Positions 32,384 to 40,387 of a DNA stretch of 64,000 bases are shown in pieces (position 1 is the first letter of the stretch; each line of letters begins with the position of its first letter). This DNA comes from an uncultured Thermoleophilia bacterium. GTDB lineage: Bacteria > Actinomycetota > Thermoleophilia > UBA2241. Below the pieces are notes generated by a model, which saw only the letters and a list, made by a program, of their open reading frames with translations, made no database searches and was not told the DNA's origin. The translations under genes were made by a program, and so were the position numbers. The DNA is taken from assembly GCA_963715985.1 (NCBI GenBank), contig CAVQSP010000020.1, forward strand, positions 32,001 through 96,000, in the 5' to 3' direction.

Positions 32384-33040
32384 TCAGGGCGCCGCGTCGT
32401 CCTCGTCGGCAGGGAGCTCGAGCTGGCGATACGCCACCGAAGCGAACGACAGCCGGTGCAGCTCGCAGGTGCCGTACGTCTCGATGGCCTCCCGGTGCGC
32501 CGCCGTGGCGTAGCCGACGTGGCGGTCGAAGCCATAGGCCGGATAGCGCTCGTGGAGGCGGTGCATCACCCGGTCGCGAGTGACCTTGGCCACGACCGAG
32601 GCGGCGGCGATGGCGGCCGAGCGGCCGTCGCCGCCGATGATGGCCTGATGGTCCTCCTCGTAGTCCGGAAGGCGGAAGCCGTCCACCAGCGATACAGCGG
32701 GCCTTGGCTGCACGCTCCGCAACACTGCGGCCAGTCCCTCCAGGTTGCAGCGATGCAGGCCGCGACCATCGATGCGGGCCGGACACCAGCTGACCACCGC
32801 CACGTGACGCGCGCGCCTCACGACTTCGTCGTAGAGTGCCGCGCGCCGCTCGGCCGTCAGCTTCTTGGAGTCGTTGAGCGCGTCGAGCGCCGCGAAGTCT
32901 GCGTCGTCCAGGCGGGAGTAGTCGAAGCACACCGCGGCGGCCACCAGCGGGCCGGCCAGGCAGCCGCGGCCCGCCTCATCCGCCCCTGCCACCAGGGCGC
33001 GACCGGCGAGGTCGAGGTCGAAGGCGAACCGCTCGTTCAC
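32384..33040 (-). CDS. rnhB: Ribonuclease HII
   Basis: GADEAGRGCLAGP, NDSKKL, IAAASVVAKVTRD, HRLSF. Confidence 0.96.
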   Translation of the reverse strand: MNERFAFDLDLAGRALVAGADEAGRGCLAGPLVAAAVCFDYSRLDDADFAALDALNDSKKLTAERRAALYDEVVRRARHVAVVSWCPARIDGRGLHRCNLEGLAAVLRSVQPRPAVSLVDGFRLPDYEEDHQAIIGGDGRSAAIAAASVVAKVTRDRVMHRLHERYPAYGFDRHVGYATAAHREAIETYGTCELHRLSFASVAYRQLELPADEDDAAP

Positions 33041-33056
33041 GCCTCGCCGCCGCCTC

Positions 33057-33214
33057 GTCCGTCTCGCGCTGGGCCCTTGCGGGCCGCGAGTCGCTCAATA
33101 GCACTACGCATGCTGCGCAGGCTACGGGCATTAGTCCGTCTCGCGCTGGGCCCTTGCGGGCCGCGAGTCGCTCAATAGCGCTGCGCACGGCATGCTGCGC
33201 AGGCTTACGGGCAT
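33057..33214. repeat. Tandem pair of ~77-81 bp structured REP-like units
   Basis: Identical 46-nt core GTCCGTCTCGCGCTGGGCCCTTGCGGGCCGCGAGTCGCTCAATAGC at 33057 and 33134. Confidence 0.92.
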
Positions 33215-33820
33215 CTAGTTCGCGCCGCCGATGCGGCCGGGCGGCCAGTAGCGCGCGAAGGCCCGGCCCACGAACTGGCCGCGCTTGACGGGTCCGAACT
33301 CGCGGCTGTCGCCGCTGTCCGTGCGGTTGTCGCCCATCACGAAGTAGCTGTCCGCGGGCACCTGGAAGGGCACCTGCAGTGCCCAGGGCAGACCGTTGCT
33401 GAAGGGCTGAGTGGGCTCCGCCACTCCGTCGAAGCGGCGCACGTAGGGCTCATCCAGGGGCTTGCCGTCGATGTACACGGCGCCATCGCTGAGCGAGACG
33501 GTCTCGCCGGGCAGACCGATCACGCGCTTGATGAGCACCGGCCCATCAAAGGGCGGGTGGAACACGACGATGTCACCGCGTGCGGGGTCGGAGAACCTCC
33601 AGGAGATGCGGTCGACCAGCACGCGGTCGCCGATCAGCAACGTGTCCTCCATGGAGGCTGAGGGGATGCGGTAGGGCTTGACGAGGAACTGCTGGATGAG
33701 AAGCGCCACCGCGATGGCGACCACCGCGAGGACGAGGTACTCGATCAAGGTGCGGCGCGTGGACGACCTTCTGGCTTTGCCTTTGCCGCCCGCTGTGCCG
33801 CTCTTGTCTGCTCCGCCCAT
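33215..33820 (-). CDS. lepB: Signal peptidase I (copy 3)
   Basis: IPSASM, LIKRVIGLPG, MGDNRTDSGDSR. Confidence 0.95.
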   Translation of the reverse strand: MGGADKSGTAGGKGKARRSSTRRTLIEYLVLAVVAIAVALLIQQFLVKPYRIPSASMEDTLLIGDRVLVDRISWRFSDPARGDIVVFHPPFDGPVLIKRVIGLPGETVSLSDGAVYIDGKPLDEPYVRRFDGVAEPTQPFSNGLPWALQVPFQVPADSYFVMGDNRTDSGDSREFGPVKRGQFVGRAFARYWPPGRIGGAN

Positions 33821-33850
33821 GCTCTCCTTCGCCGGTCTCGCGGCAGTGTA

Positions 33851-34402
33851 TCAGAGGCCGTGGAGGCGAGAGAGCGGCCAGTACGTCAGGAAGGCCTCGC
33901 CGATGATCTCGCGCCGGGGAGCCGGACCCCAGTCGCGGCTGTCGTCGCTCACGGTGCGGTTGTCACCCATCATGAAGTAGTAGCCCGCGGGCACCTTGTA
34001 GGGCCGTTCGAGCGACCACGGCTGCCCGCTGCCGCGGAAGGGCTCCGTGGGCTCCGCATACCCATCCTCCCGGCGCACGTAAGGTTCGCGGAGACGCTTG
34101 CCGTCGATGTACACGTGGCCGCCATCCAGCGAGATGGTGTCGCCGGGCAGGCCGATGACGCGCTTGATGAGCACTCTGCCCACGGCCGCCGAGTCGAGCA
34201 CCACGATGTCGCCGCGGCCGGGCTCGTGCAGCTTGTAGACCACGCGGTTCACGAGCACGCGGTCCCGGGGCACCAAGGTCGCGGCCATGGACTCAGAGGG
34301 GATGCGGTACGGCTTCACGACGAAGGCCTGCAGCAGCAAGGCGATCACGACGGCGCACAGTGCGACCAGCACATACTCGACGACGGTGCGCGGCCTCATC
34401 AC
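33851..34402 (-). CDS. lepB: Signal peptidase I (copy 2)
   Basis: IPSESM, LIKRVIGLPG, MGDNRTVSDDSR. Confidence 0.95.
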   Translation of the reverse strand: MMRPRTVVEYVLVALCAVVIALLLQAFVVKPYRIPSESMAATLVPRDRVLVNRVVYKLHEPGRGDIVVLDSAAVGRVLIKRVIGLPGDTISLDGGHVYIDGKRLREPYVRREDGYAEPTEPFRGSGQPWSLERPYKVPAGYYFMMGDNRTVSDDSRDWGPAPRREIIGEAFLTYWPLSRLHGL

Positions 34403-34412
34403 GGCACACCCC

Positions 34413-34979
34413 TCACAGTCCCGACCAGTGGTCCGGGGGCCAGTAGAGGAAGAAGCCCTCGCCGACGACGGCGTCGCGCGGCACCACGCCCCAGTCGCGG
34501 CTGTCGTCGCTGTCGGTGCGGTTGTCGCCCATCACGAAGAAGCTCCCGACCGGGACCGTATAGGGCTGCGACAGGGACCAAGGGTCCTGCATGGTGCTGC
34601 CGTAGAGCGGGTGCTGAGCCAGCGTGGGATCGACGCTCCCGCCGGTGCGATGGACATACGGCTCCTTCACTGGGTGGCCGTTGAGCAGGAGCCGCCCGTC
34701 CTTGACCTGCAGCGTGTCGCCGGGCACCCCCACGACGCGCTTGATGAACACCACCGAGCGGTCCCGCGGGTACTGGAACACCATGACGTCTCCGCGCTGC
34801 GGATCACGCAGGCGGTAGACCACCTTGTTGACGAGCACGCGGTCACCGGGGCGCAGGGTGCTCGCCATCGACTCCGAGGGGATGCGGTACGGCTTCACGA
34901 CGAAGGCCTGTACCGCGAACGCCAAGGCGATCGCGACGACGGCCATGAGGCCGAAGTCGAGGAGCTTGCCGCGCCTCAT
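34413..34979 (-). CDS. lepB: Signal peptidase I (copy 1)
   Basis: IPSESM, FIKRVVGVPG, MGDNRTDSDDSR. Confidence 0.95.
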   Translation of the reverse strand: MRRGKLLDFGLMAVVAIALAFAVQAFVVKPYRIPSESMASTLRPGDRVLVNKVVYRLRDPQRGDVMVFQYPRDRSVVFIKRVVGVPGDTLQVKDGRLLLNGHPVKEPYVHRTGGSVDPTLAQHPLYGSTMQDPWSLSQPYTVPVGSFFVMGDNRTDSDDSRDWGVVPRDAVVGEGFFLYWPPDHWSGL

Positions 34980-35010
34980 GAAGCCGCAGCGAAGGCGACC
35001 GGCGTGGTGC

Positions 35011-35355
35011 CTAGCGCTGCTTCTCGCGGATGCGCGCCTGCTTGCCGACCTTCTGGCGCAGGTAGTAGAGCTTGGCGCGGCGCACGTCGCCGATCTGCGT
35101 GACCTCGATCTTGTCGATCTTCGGCGAGTGCACGGGGAACGTGCGCTCGACGCCCACGCCGAAGGACTGCTTGCGGACGGTGAAGGTCTCGCGTACGCCC
35201 TGGCCCTGGCGCTTGATGACGGTGCCCTGGAAGACCTGGATGCGGTGACGCGTGCCCTCCACGACCTTGAAGTGCACCTTCACGTTGTCGCCGGCCTTGA
35301 ACTGCGGCACGTCCTCGCGCAGCTGCTGGCGCTCGATGTTGTCGATGATGTTCAC
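35011..35355 (-). CDS. rplS: 50S ribosomal protein L19
   Basis: [32 protein letters not shown]. Confidence 0.97.
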   Translation of the reverse strand: MNIIDNIERQQLREDVPQFKAGDNVKVHFKVVEGTRHRIQVFQGTVIKRQGQGVRETFTVRKQSFGVGVERTFPVHSPKIDKIEVTQIGDVRRAKLYYLRQKVGKQARIREKQR

Positions 35356-35386
35356 GGATCCTCTTTCCCAGCGAAAACCGGCGGAC

Positions 35387-35415
35387 AGTCTAGCAGGAGC
35401 CGCGTGACGGCGCAA
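35387..35415 (-). promoter_or_regulatory. Sigma70-type promoter of rplS
   Basis: TTGCGC-17 bp-TAGACT with TGn extension. Confidence 0.6.
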
Positions 35416-35450
35416 AACGCCGGCCGCCGCGCAGGCCGCAAGGGGGTATC

Positions 35451-36111
35451 TTAGCGCTTTTCGACCTGCTGTGCGCGCCAGCGCGCGATCTCGGCGTGAT
35501 TGCCGCTGAGGAGCACATCGGGCACGGCCCAGCCGCGGAAGTCGGCCGGGCGCGTGTAGTGCGGGTACTCGGCGCCGCCCTCGAGCTCGGCGGAGTGAGA
35601 CTCGCTCACCACGCTCTCCGGGTTGCTGACGGCGCCGGGAAGCTTGCGCGTGACGGCGTCGAGGACCGCCATGGCGGCGACCTCGCCGCCCGCGAGCACG
35701 TACGGACCGATGGAGACGCGGTCGCTCACGATATTGGTGACACGCTCGTCGATGCCCTCATAGCGGCCGCAGAGCAGCACGAGGTCGGTCTCGAGCGAGC
35801 TCGCCGGCCAGGGCGTCGTCCAGCTGCCGCCCCTTGGGCGTGAGCTCGACGACGCGGCGACCGTCCTTGACCCGCTCCGCGTCGCCGGCGAACACCGCCT
35901 CCAGGGCGGCACAGACCACGTCGATGCGCAGCACCATGCCCGCGCCGCCGCCGAACGGGGTGTCGTCCACCTGCAGATGGCTGAGCGGCGTGTGGTCGCG
36001 GTAGTTGGCGAGCCGGAACTCGTGCCCCAGCTCCACGGCGTTGCGGATGTGCACCTGCGAGAGATACCAGTCGAACGCCTGCGGGAAGAGCGTGAAGACG
36101 TCGGCCCTCAC
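35451..36111 (-). CDS. trmD: tRNA (guanine-N1)-methyltransferase (frameshift near 35795)
   Basis: [42 protein letters not shown]. Confidence 0.96.
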
Positions 36112-36674
36112 GCGCCCCCCTCCGGCTCCTCGACAAGACCGTCCACCACGCGTGCCACGCCGGCCTCCTCGTCCACCTCCACGAGCTCCTCGACCAGGGG
36201 GATCAGGAGCTCGGCGCCGGCCGGCGTCCTGATCTGCAGGATCTCGTGGGCGGGGTTCTCGAGTACCTCCTCGACCTCGCCCAGCAGGCGGCCGGACGCC
36301 GTCTCCACGCGCAGGCCCAGGAGGTCACCGACCAGGTACTGCGGCAGCTCGTCGAGCTCCCCGCCGGCGGCGAGGAGCTCGCAACCCTGCAGGGCGATGG
36401 CCTCCTCGCGGGTGGAGGCGAGGTCGAGACGCACGAGAGGGCGCTGAACAGTCCCCCCCGCGCGTGTGACCACGCACGGAACGAGCTGCTCGGCGCCCTC
36501 AGGCGTCTGTCCGGCCGGGTACGCCAGGAAGAACTCGCTGCCCCTGCTCAGATGATCGAAGCCGTCCACTGCGACGTTGAGGTACAGCTCGCCGCGAAGG
36601 CCGTGGACCTTGCCCAGCGTGCCGCAGGCCCATAAGCCCGAGCTACTGTGCGGTGCTACTTCGTCGCCCCGCAC
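36108..36674 (-). CDS. rimM: Ribosome maturation factor RimM
   Basis: GKVHGLRGE, DLLGLRV, ELLIPLV; between khpA and trmD. Confidence 0.9.
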   Translation of the reverse strand: MRGDEVAPHSSSGLWACGTLGKVHGLRGELYLNVAVDGFDHLSRGSEFFLAYPAGQTPEGAEQLVPCVVTRAGGTVQRPLVRLDLASTREEAIALQGCELLAAGGELDELPQYLVGDLLGLRVETASGRLLGEVEEVLENPAHEILQIRTPAGAELLIPLVEELVEVDEEAGVARVVDGLVEEPEGGA

Positions 36675-36693
36675 GTTGACCCGGCTACGCTGG

Positions 36694-36927
36694 TCAATCA
36701 ACGATCTCCACGATGGCGCGCTTGCCGTCGCGGACGGCCGAAGCCTTGACGATGGTGCGGAGCGCACGGGCGATACGCCCCTGCTTGCCGATGACCTTGC
36801 CCACGTCGTCCTTGGCTACAGAGAGCTCCAGCACGACGGTGGTGTCGGTCTCCGTGACCTCCACGTGGACCTCGTCAGGATTGTCCACGAGTGACTTGGC
36901 CAGGTGCTCCAGCAGGTCCTTCAACAT
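36694..36927 (-). CDS. khpA: KH-domain RNA-binding protein KhpA
   Basis: LVDNPDEV, DVGKVIGKQGRIARALR. Confidence 0.93.
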   Translation of the reverse strand: MLKDLLEHLAKSLVDNPDEVHVEVTETDTTVVLELSVAKDDVGKVIGKQGRIARALRTIVKASAVRDGKRAIVEIVD

Positions 36928-36969
36928 CCCACTACTCCCTCTGTCTGCGCAACAGGACCCTCTGGCTCC

Positions 36970-37215
36970 TTATGCCTCGATGCCTTTGATCTTGAGCAGC
37001 TTCTCCACGGTGCGGGAGGGCTGCACCCCCTTGGCGAGCCATGCCTTCGCCTTGTCGGCGTCGATCTCGATGAGCGACGGCTCCATGCGAGGGTTGTACT
37101 GGCCGATGGTCTCGATAGCGCGGCCGTCACGGCGCGCGCGGGAATCCACGACGACGATGCGGTAGATGGGGTTCTTGGTGCTCCCCACCCGGGTCAACCT
37201 CATACGTACTGCCAC
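36970..37215 (-). CDS. rpsP: 30S ribosomal protein S16
   Basis: MAVRMRLTR, YRIVVVDSRARRDG, GQYNP. Confidence 0.97.
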   Translation of the reverse strand: MAVRMRLTRVGSTKNPIYRIVVVDSRARRDGRAIETIGQYNPRMEPSLIEIDADKAKAWLAKGVQPSRTVEKLLKIKGIEA

Positions 37216-37282
37216 TGCTTGTTCACCCCCTCAGGGTCCTGGAACGGCGTGCTACGGCCACGGCGGGTCGCAGCGGTGAATG

Positions 37283-37311
37283 ACTCTACGCAACCCGTCG
37301 CCGGGTCGCAA
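37283..37311 (-). promoter_or_regulatory. Sigma70-type promoter of the rpsP operon
   Basis: TTGCGA-17 bp-TAGAGT. Confidence 0.6.
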
Positions 37312-37322
37312 CAATCGGCACT

Positions 37323-37349
37323 GTGCGGTGCCGCTTCGCTGCACCGCAC
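37323..37349. repeat. 27-bp palindromic unit, copy 1 (copy 2 at 48678-48704)
   Basis: GTGCGGTGCCGCTTCGCTGCACCGCAC; 24/27 match to copy 2. Confidence 0.75.
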
Positions 37350-37424
37350 GCTAGCGATGCTGCGCCGGCTAGAGAGTGGTGCGCCCACGGCGCCCCCCTC
37401 GCTAACCCGTCTACGGCGGTTAGT

Positions 37425-38753
37425 CTACCCGCTCATGCCGGGCAGGCGAAACCCGCGCATCTTGCCGCCCGAGAACATCTTGAGCATCTTCTGCATCTCA
37501 CGGTACTGCTTGAGCAGCAGATTGACGTCCTGGATGGAGGTGCCGCTGCCGGCCGCGATGCGCCTCCGGCGGCTGCCGTCGATGACGTCGGGGTGGCGCC
37601 GCTCCTGCGGCGTCATGGAGAAGATCATCGCCTCGATGCGGTCCAGTTGTGAGTCGTCCACCTGGACGTTCTTGAGCTCCTTCATGCCGGGCACGCCGGG
37701 CAGCATGCCCAGGATGCTGGAGAGCGAGCCCATCTTGCGCACCTGCTTGAGCTGGTCCAGGAAGTCCTCGAAGGTGAACTCGGCGCGGCGGAGCTTGGCC
37801 TCCATCTCCGCCGCCTGCTTCTCGTCGAGGTTCTGCTCGGCCTTCTCGATGAGGCTGAGCACGTCGCCCATACCGAGGATGCGGCTGGCCATGCGATCCG
37901 GGTGAAAGACGTCGAAGTCGTCGAGCTTCTCGCCGGTGCTGGCGAACTTGATGGGCTTGCCGGTGACCGCGCGCACGCTGAGAGCGGCGCCCCCGCGGGC
38001 GTCGCCGTCGAGCTTGGTGAGCACGACGCCGTCGAGGTCCACCTGACCACGGAACGCGTCGGCCGCGTTGACGGCGTCCTGGCCGGTCATGGAGTCCACC
38101 ACGAGGAGGACGTTGTGTGGCTTCACCGCGTCGCGGATGTTGACGAGCTCGGCCATGAGCTCCTCGTCGACGTGCAGGCGGCCGGCGGTGTCGATGATGG
38201 CCACGTCGCCGTGGGAGCGCGCGAAGGCGACGCCGTCGCGCGCGATGTCGACAGGGTCCAGATGGGCGCCGGGCGCGTAGCAGGGCACGCCCACGCGCCC
38301 GGCCAGCGTCTGCAGCTGGTCGATGGCGGCCGGCCGGTAGACGTCGGCGGCGATGAGCACCGGCGACTTGCCGTCTTTCTTGAGCAGCTTGGCGAGCTTG
38401 GCGCAGGTGGTCGTCTTGCCCGAGCCCTGGAGGCCGGCCAGGAGGACGATGGTAGGCGGATGGCCACTGAAGGCGAGCTTGGAGTCGCCGCTGCCCATGA
38501 GCGCGACGAGCTCCTCGTTCACGATCTTCACGACCTGCTGCGCCGGCGTGAGGCTCTCCATCACCTCGGCGCCGAGCGCGCGCTCCTTGACGTGCGCCAC
38601 GAACTCGCGCACCACCTTGAAGTTCACGTCAGCTTCAAGGAGCGCCAGACGGATCTCGCGCATCGCCGCGTCGACGTCCTCGGCGGTGAGCTTGCCGTGG
38701 CCTTTGAGACTCTGCATGACGCCTTGCAGGCGGTCGGTGAGCGACTCGAACAT
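37425..38753 (-). CDS. ffh: Signal recognition particle protein Ffh
   Basis: MFESLTDRL, GLQGSGKTT, DTAGR, TKLDGDARGG, SMTPQER. Confidence 0.97.
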   Translation of the reverse strand: MFESLTDRLQGVMQSLKGHGKLTAEDVDAAMREIRLALLEADVNFKVVREFVAHVKERALGAEVMESLTPAQQVVKIVNEELVALMGSGDSKLAFSGHPPTIVLLAGLQGSGKTTTCAKLAKLLKKDGKSPVLIAADVYRPAAIDQLQTLAGRVGVPCYAPGAHLDPVDIARDGVAFARSHGDVAIIDTAGRLHVDEELMAELVNIRDAVKPHNVLLVVDSMTGQDAVNAADAFRGQVDLDGVVLTKLDGDARGGAALSVRAVTGKPIKFASTGEKLDDFDVFHPDRMASRILGMGDVLSLIEKAEQNLDEKQAAEMEAKLRRAEFTFEDFLDQLKQVRKMGSLSSILGMLPGVPGMKELKNVQVDDSQLDRIEAMIFSMTPQERRHPDVIDGSRRRRIAAGSGTSIQDVNLLLKQYREMQKMLKMFSGGKMRGFRLPGMSG

Positions 38754-38785
38754 GCGTGCCTTCCACTCTCGTGTCGGGGGAAGCG

Positions 38786-39322
38786 TCATCGTAGCACGGC
38801 GGTCGCCGGGGCTGCAGTCGGGGACAGATCGAGCACCCAGTGGTGGTGCGGCCGCCCGAACCACTCCACGCTCCGTTCGGGGTGGAACCCGGCGCGGCGG
38901 GCCACCGCCTGGGAGCGCACGTTTCAGGGCTCGATGAAGGCGATGAGCCGTGGCAGGCCGCGCTCGCACGCATCCTCGGCGCAGCCAAGGGCCGCCTCAG
39001 TGGCGAGGCCGCGGCCCCACAGGTCGCGGCGCAGGCGAGAGCCAAGCTCGACCTCGACGCCCGCCTCGAGCCCGCGCTGTGCCGGCCCAGAGCCGCCGAC
39101 GACCTCGCCGGTCGCGCGAAGCACCAGGGCGTAGCGTCCCGTGCCGTCGCGGCGCGCGTACCCGATCTCCCCGTCCAGCCACGCGCGTGACCGCTCGTAG
39201 GTCAGGGGCTCGTCATCACCGAGGGCCAGAGCAGGGTCGGCGATCATGCGGGCCACGTCGTCGACGTCGGCCGGCACGTACTCCCTGATCAGGAGCCGCT
39301 CCGCCTCGAGCGGCAGCGTCAC
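38786..39322 (-). pseudogene. RimJ/RimL-type GNAT acetyltransferase with in-frame TGA at 38924-38926
   Basis: ERLLIRE, WGRGLATEAA, then IEP*NVRSQAVARRAGF continuing the family motif past the stop. Confidence 0.75.
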
Positions 39323-40338
39323 GCGCCGGCCTGCTCCTCGCCGTCGCTGCCGAAGATGGCGCGCGCGAACACGTCGGGCTCGAAGGGCCGCAGGTCCTCG
39401 AGCTTCTCCCCCACGCCGATGAGCTTGATGGGGATGCCCAGGGTCTCGTGGATCGCCACCACGATGCCGCCCTTGGCCGTGCCGTCGAGCTTGGTGAGCA
39501 CCACGCCGGTCACGTCCACGGCCTGCCCGAACTCCTGCGCCTGGCGGAGGCCGTTCTGACCGGTGGTCGCGTCGATCACGAGCAGGGTCTCGTGCGGGGC
39601 GCCGGGCAGCTGCTTCTCGATGACCCGGCGCACCTTCTCGAGCTCGCGCATCAGATTCACTTGCGTGTGCAGGCGGCCGGCCGTGTCGATGAGCACCACA
39701 TCGGCGCCTCGCGAGCGGGCCGCGGCCACGCCGTCGAAGACCACGGCCGCCGGGTCGCCGCCCTCGTCCTGCTTCACGATCTCGCAGCCAACGCGCCGCG
39801 ACCACTCGGTGAGCTGTTCCACGGCCGCGGCGCGGAAGGTGTCGCCGGCCACCATCATGGGGGTCTTCCCCATCTCTTTGAGCCGCCAGGCGATCTTGCC
39901 GATCGTGGTCGTCTTGCCCGTGCCGTTCACGCCGACCATGAGGATGACGGTGGGCTGCTGCGTGACGTCGATCCGCTGGCGCTCAGGGTCCTCGGGGCGC
40001 AGGACCCCGGCGACCACGTCGGCGAGCTCGTTCTGGAACGGCTCCCGGGTCTCGATCTTCTTGGCCGTGCAGCGCTGCTCCAGCTCGTCGACGATCTTGA
40101 CGGTGCCGTCCACGCCCACGTCGGCGGCGATGAGCAGCTCCTCGACCTGCTCGTAGAGGCGGCGGTCGACGCCGACGTACACCGCCGCCTTGAGCCCGTC
40201 GGCCACGGCGGCGCGAGCCTTGCCGAGGTTGCGGCGCAGGCGGCCGAAGAGGCCCCTGCGCTCCTGCGCTTCTTCTTCCAGGACGGCGGCCGCGACCTCG
40301 TTCTCGTCCACGCCCTTGAACACTTCGTGCCATTCCAC
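39319..40338 (-). CDS. ftsY: SRP receptor FtsY
   Basis: GVNGTGKTTT, DTFRAAA, DTAGRL, TKLDGTAKGG. Confidence 0.97.
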   Translation of the reverse strand: MEWHEVFKGVDENEVAAAVLEEEAQERRGLFGRLRRNLGKARAAVADGLKAAVYVGVDRRLYEQVEELLIAADVGVDGTVKIVDELEQRCTAKKIETREPFQNELADVVAGVLRPEDPERQRIDVTQQPTVILMVGVNGTGKTTTIGKIAWRLKEMGKTPMMVAGDTFRAAAVEQLTEWSRRVGCEIVKQDEGGDPAAVVFDGVAAARSRGADVVLIDTAGRLHTQVNLMRELEKVRRVIEKQLPGAPHETLLVIDATTGQNGLRQAQEFGQAVDVTGVVLTKLDGTAKGGIVVAIHETLGIPIKLIGVGEKLEDLRPFEPDVFARAIFGSDGEEQAGA

Positions 40339-40387
40339 GTCGTCTGCGCTCCTCGTCAGGCGGCCGGCGCAGCCGGCCGCCGGTCAC

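Noticed and set aside
37216-37424. SRP RNA (ffs) near ffh
   Set aside because: No conserved SRP domain IV motif recognised; the spacer is explained by the rpsP promoter and repeat hairpins
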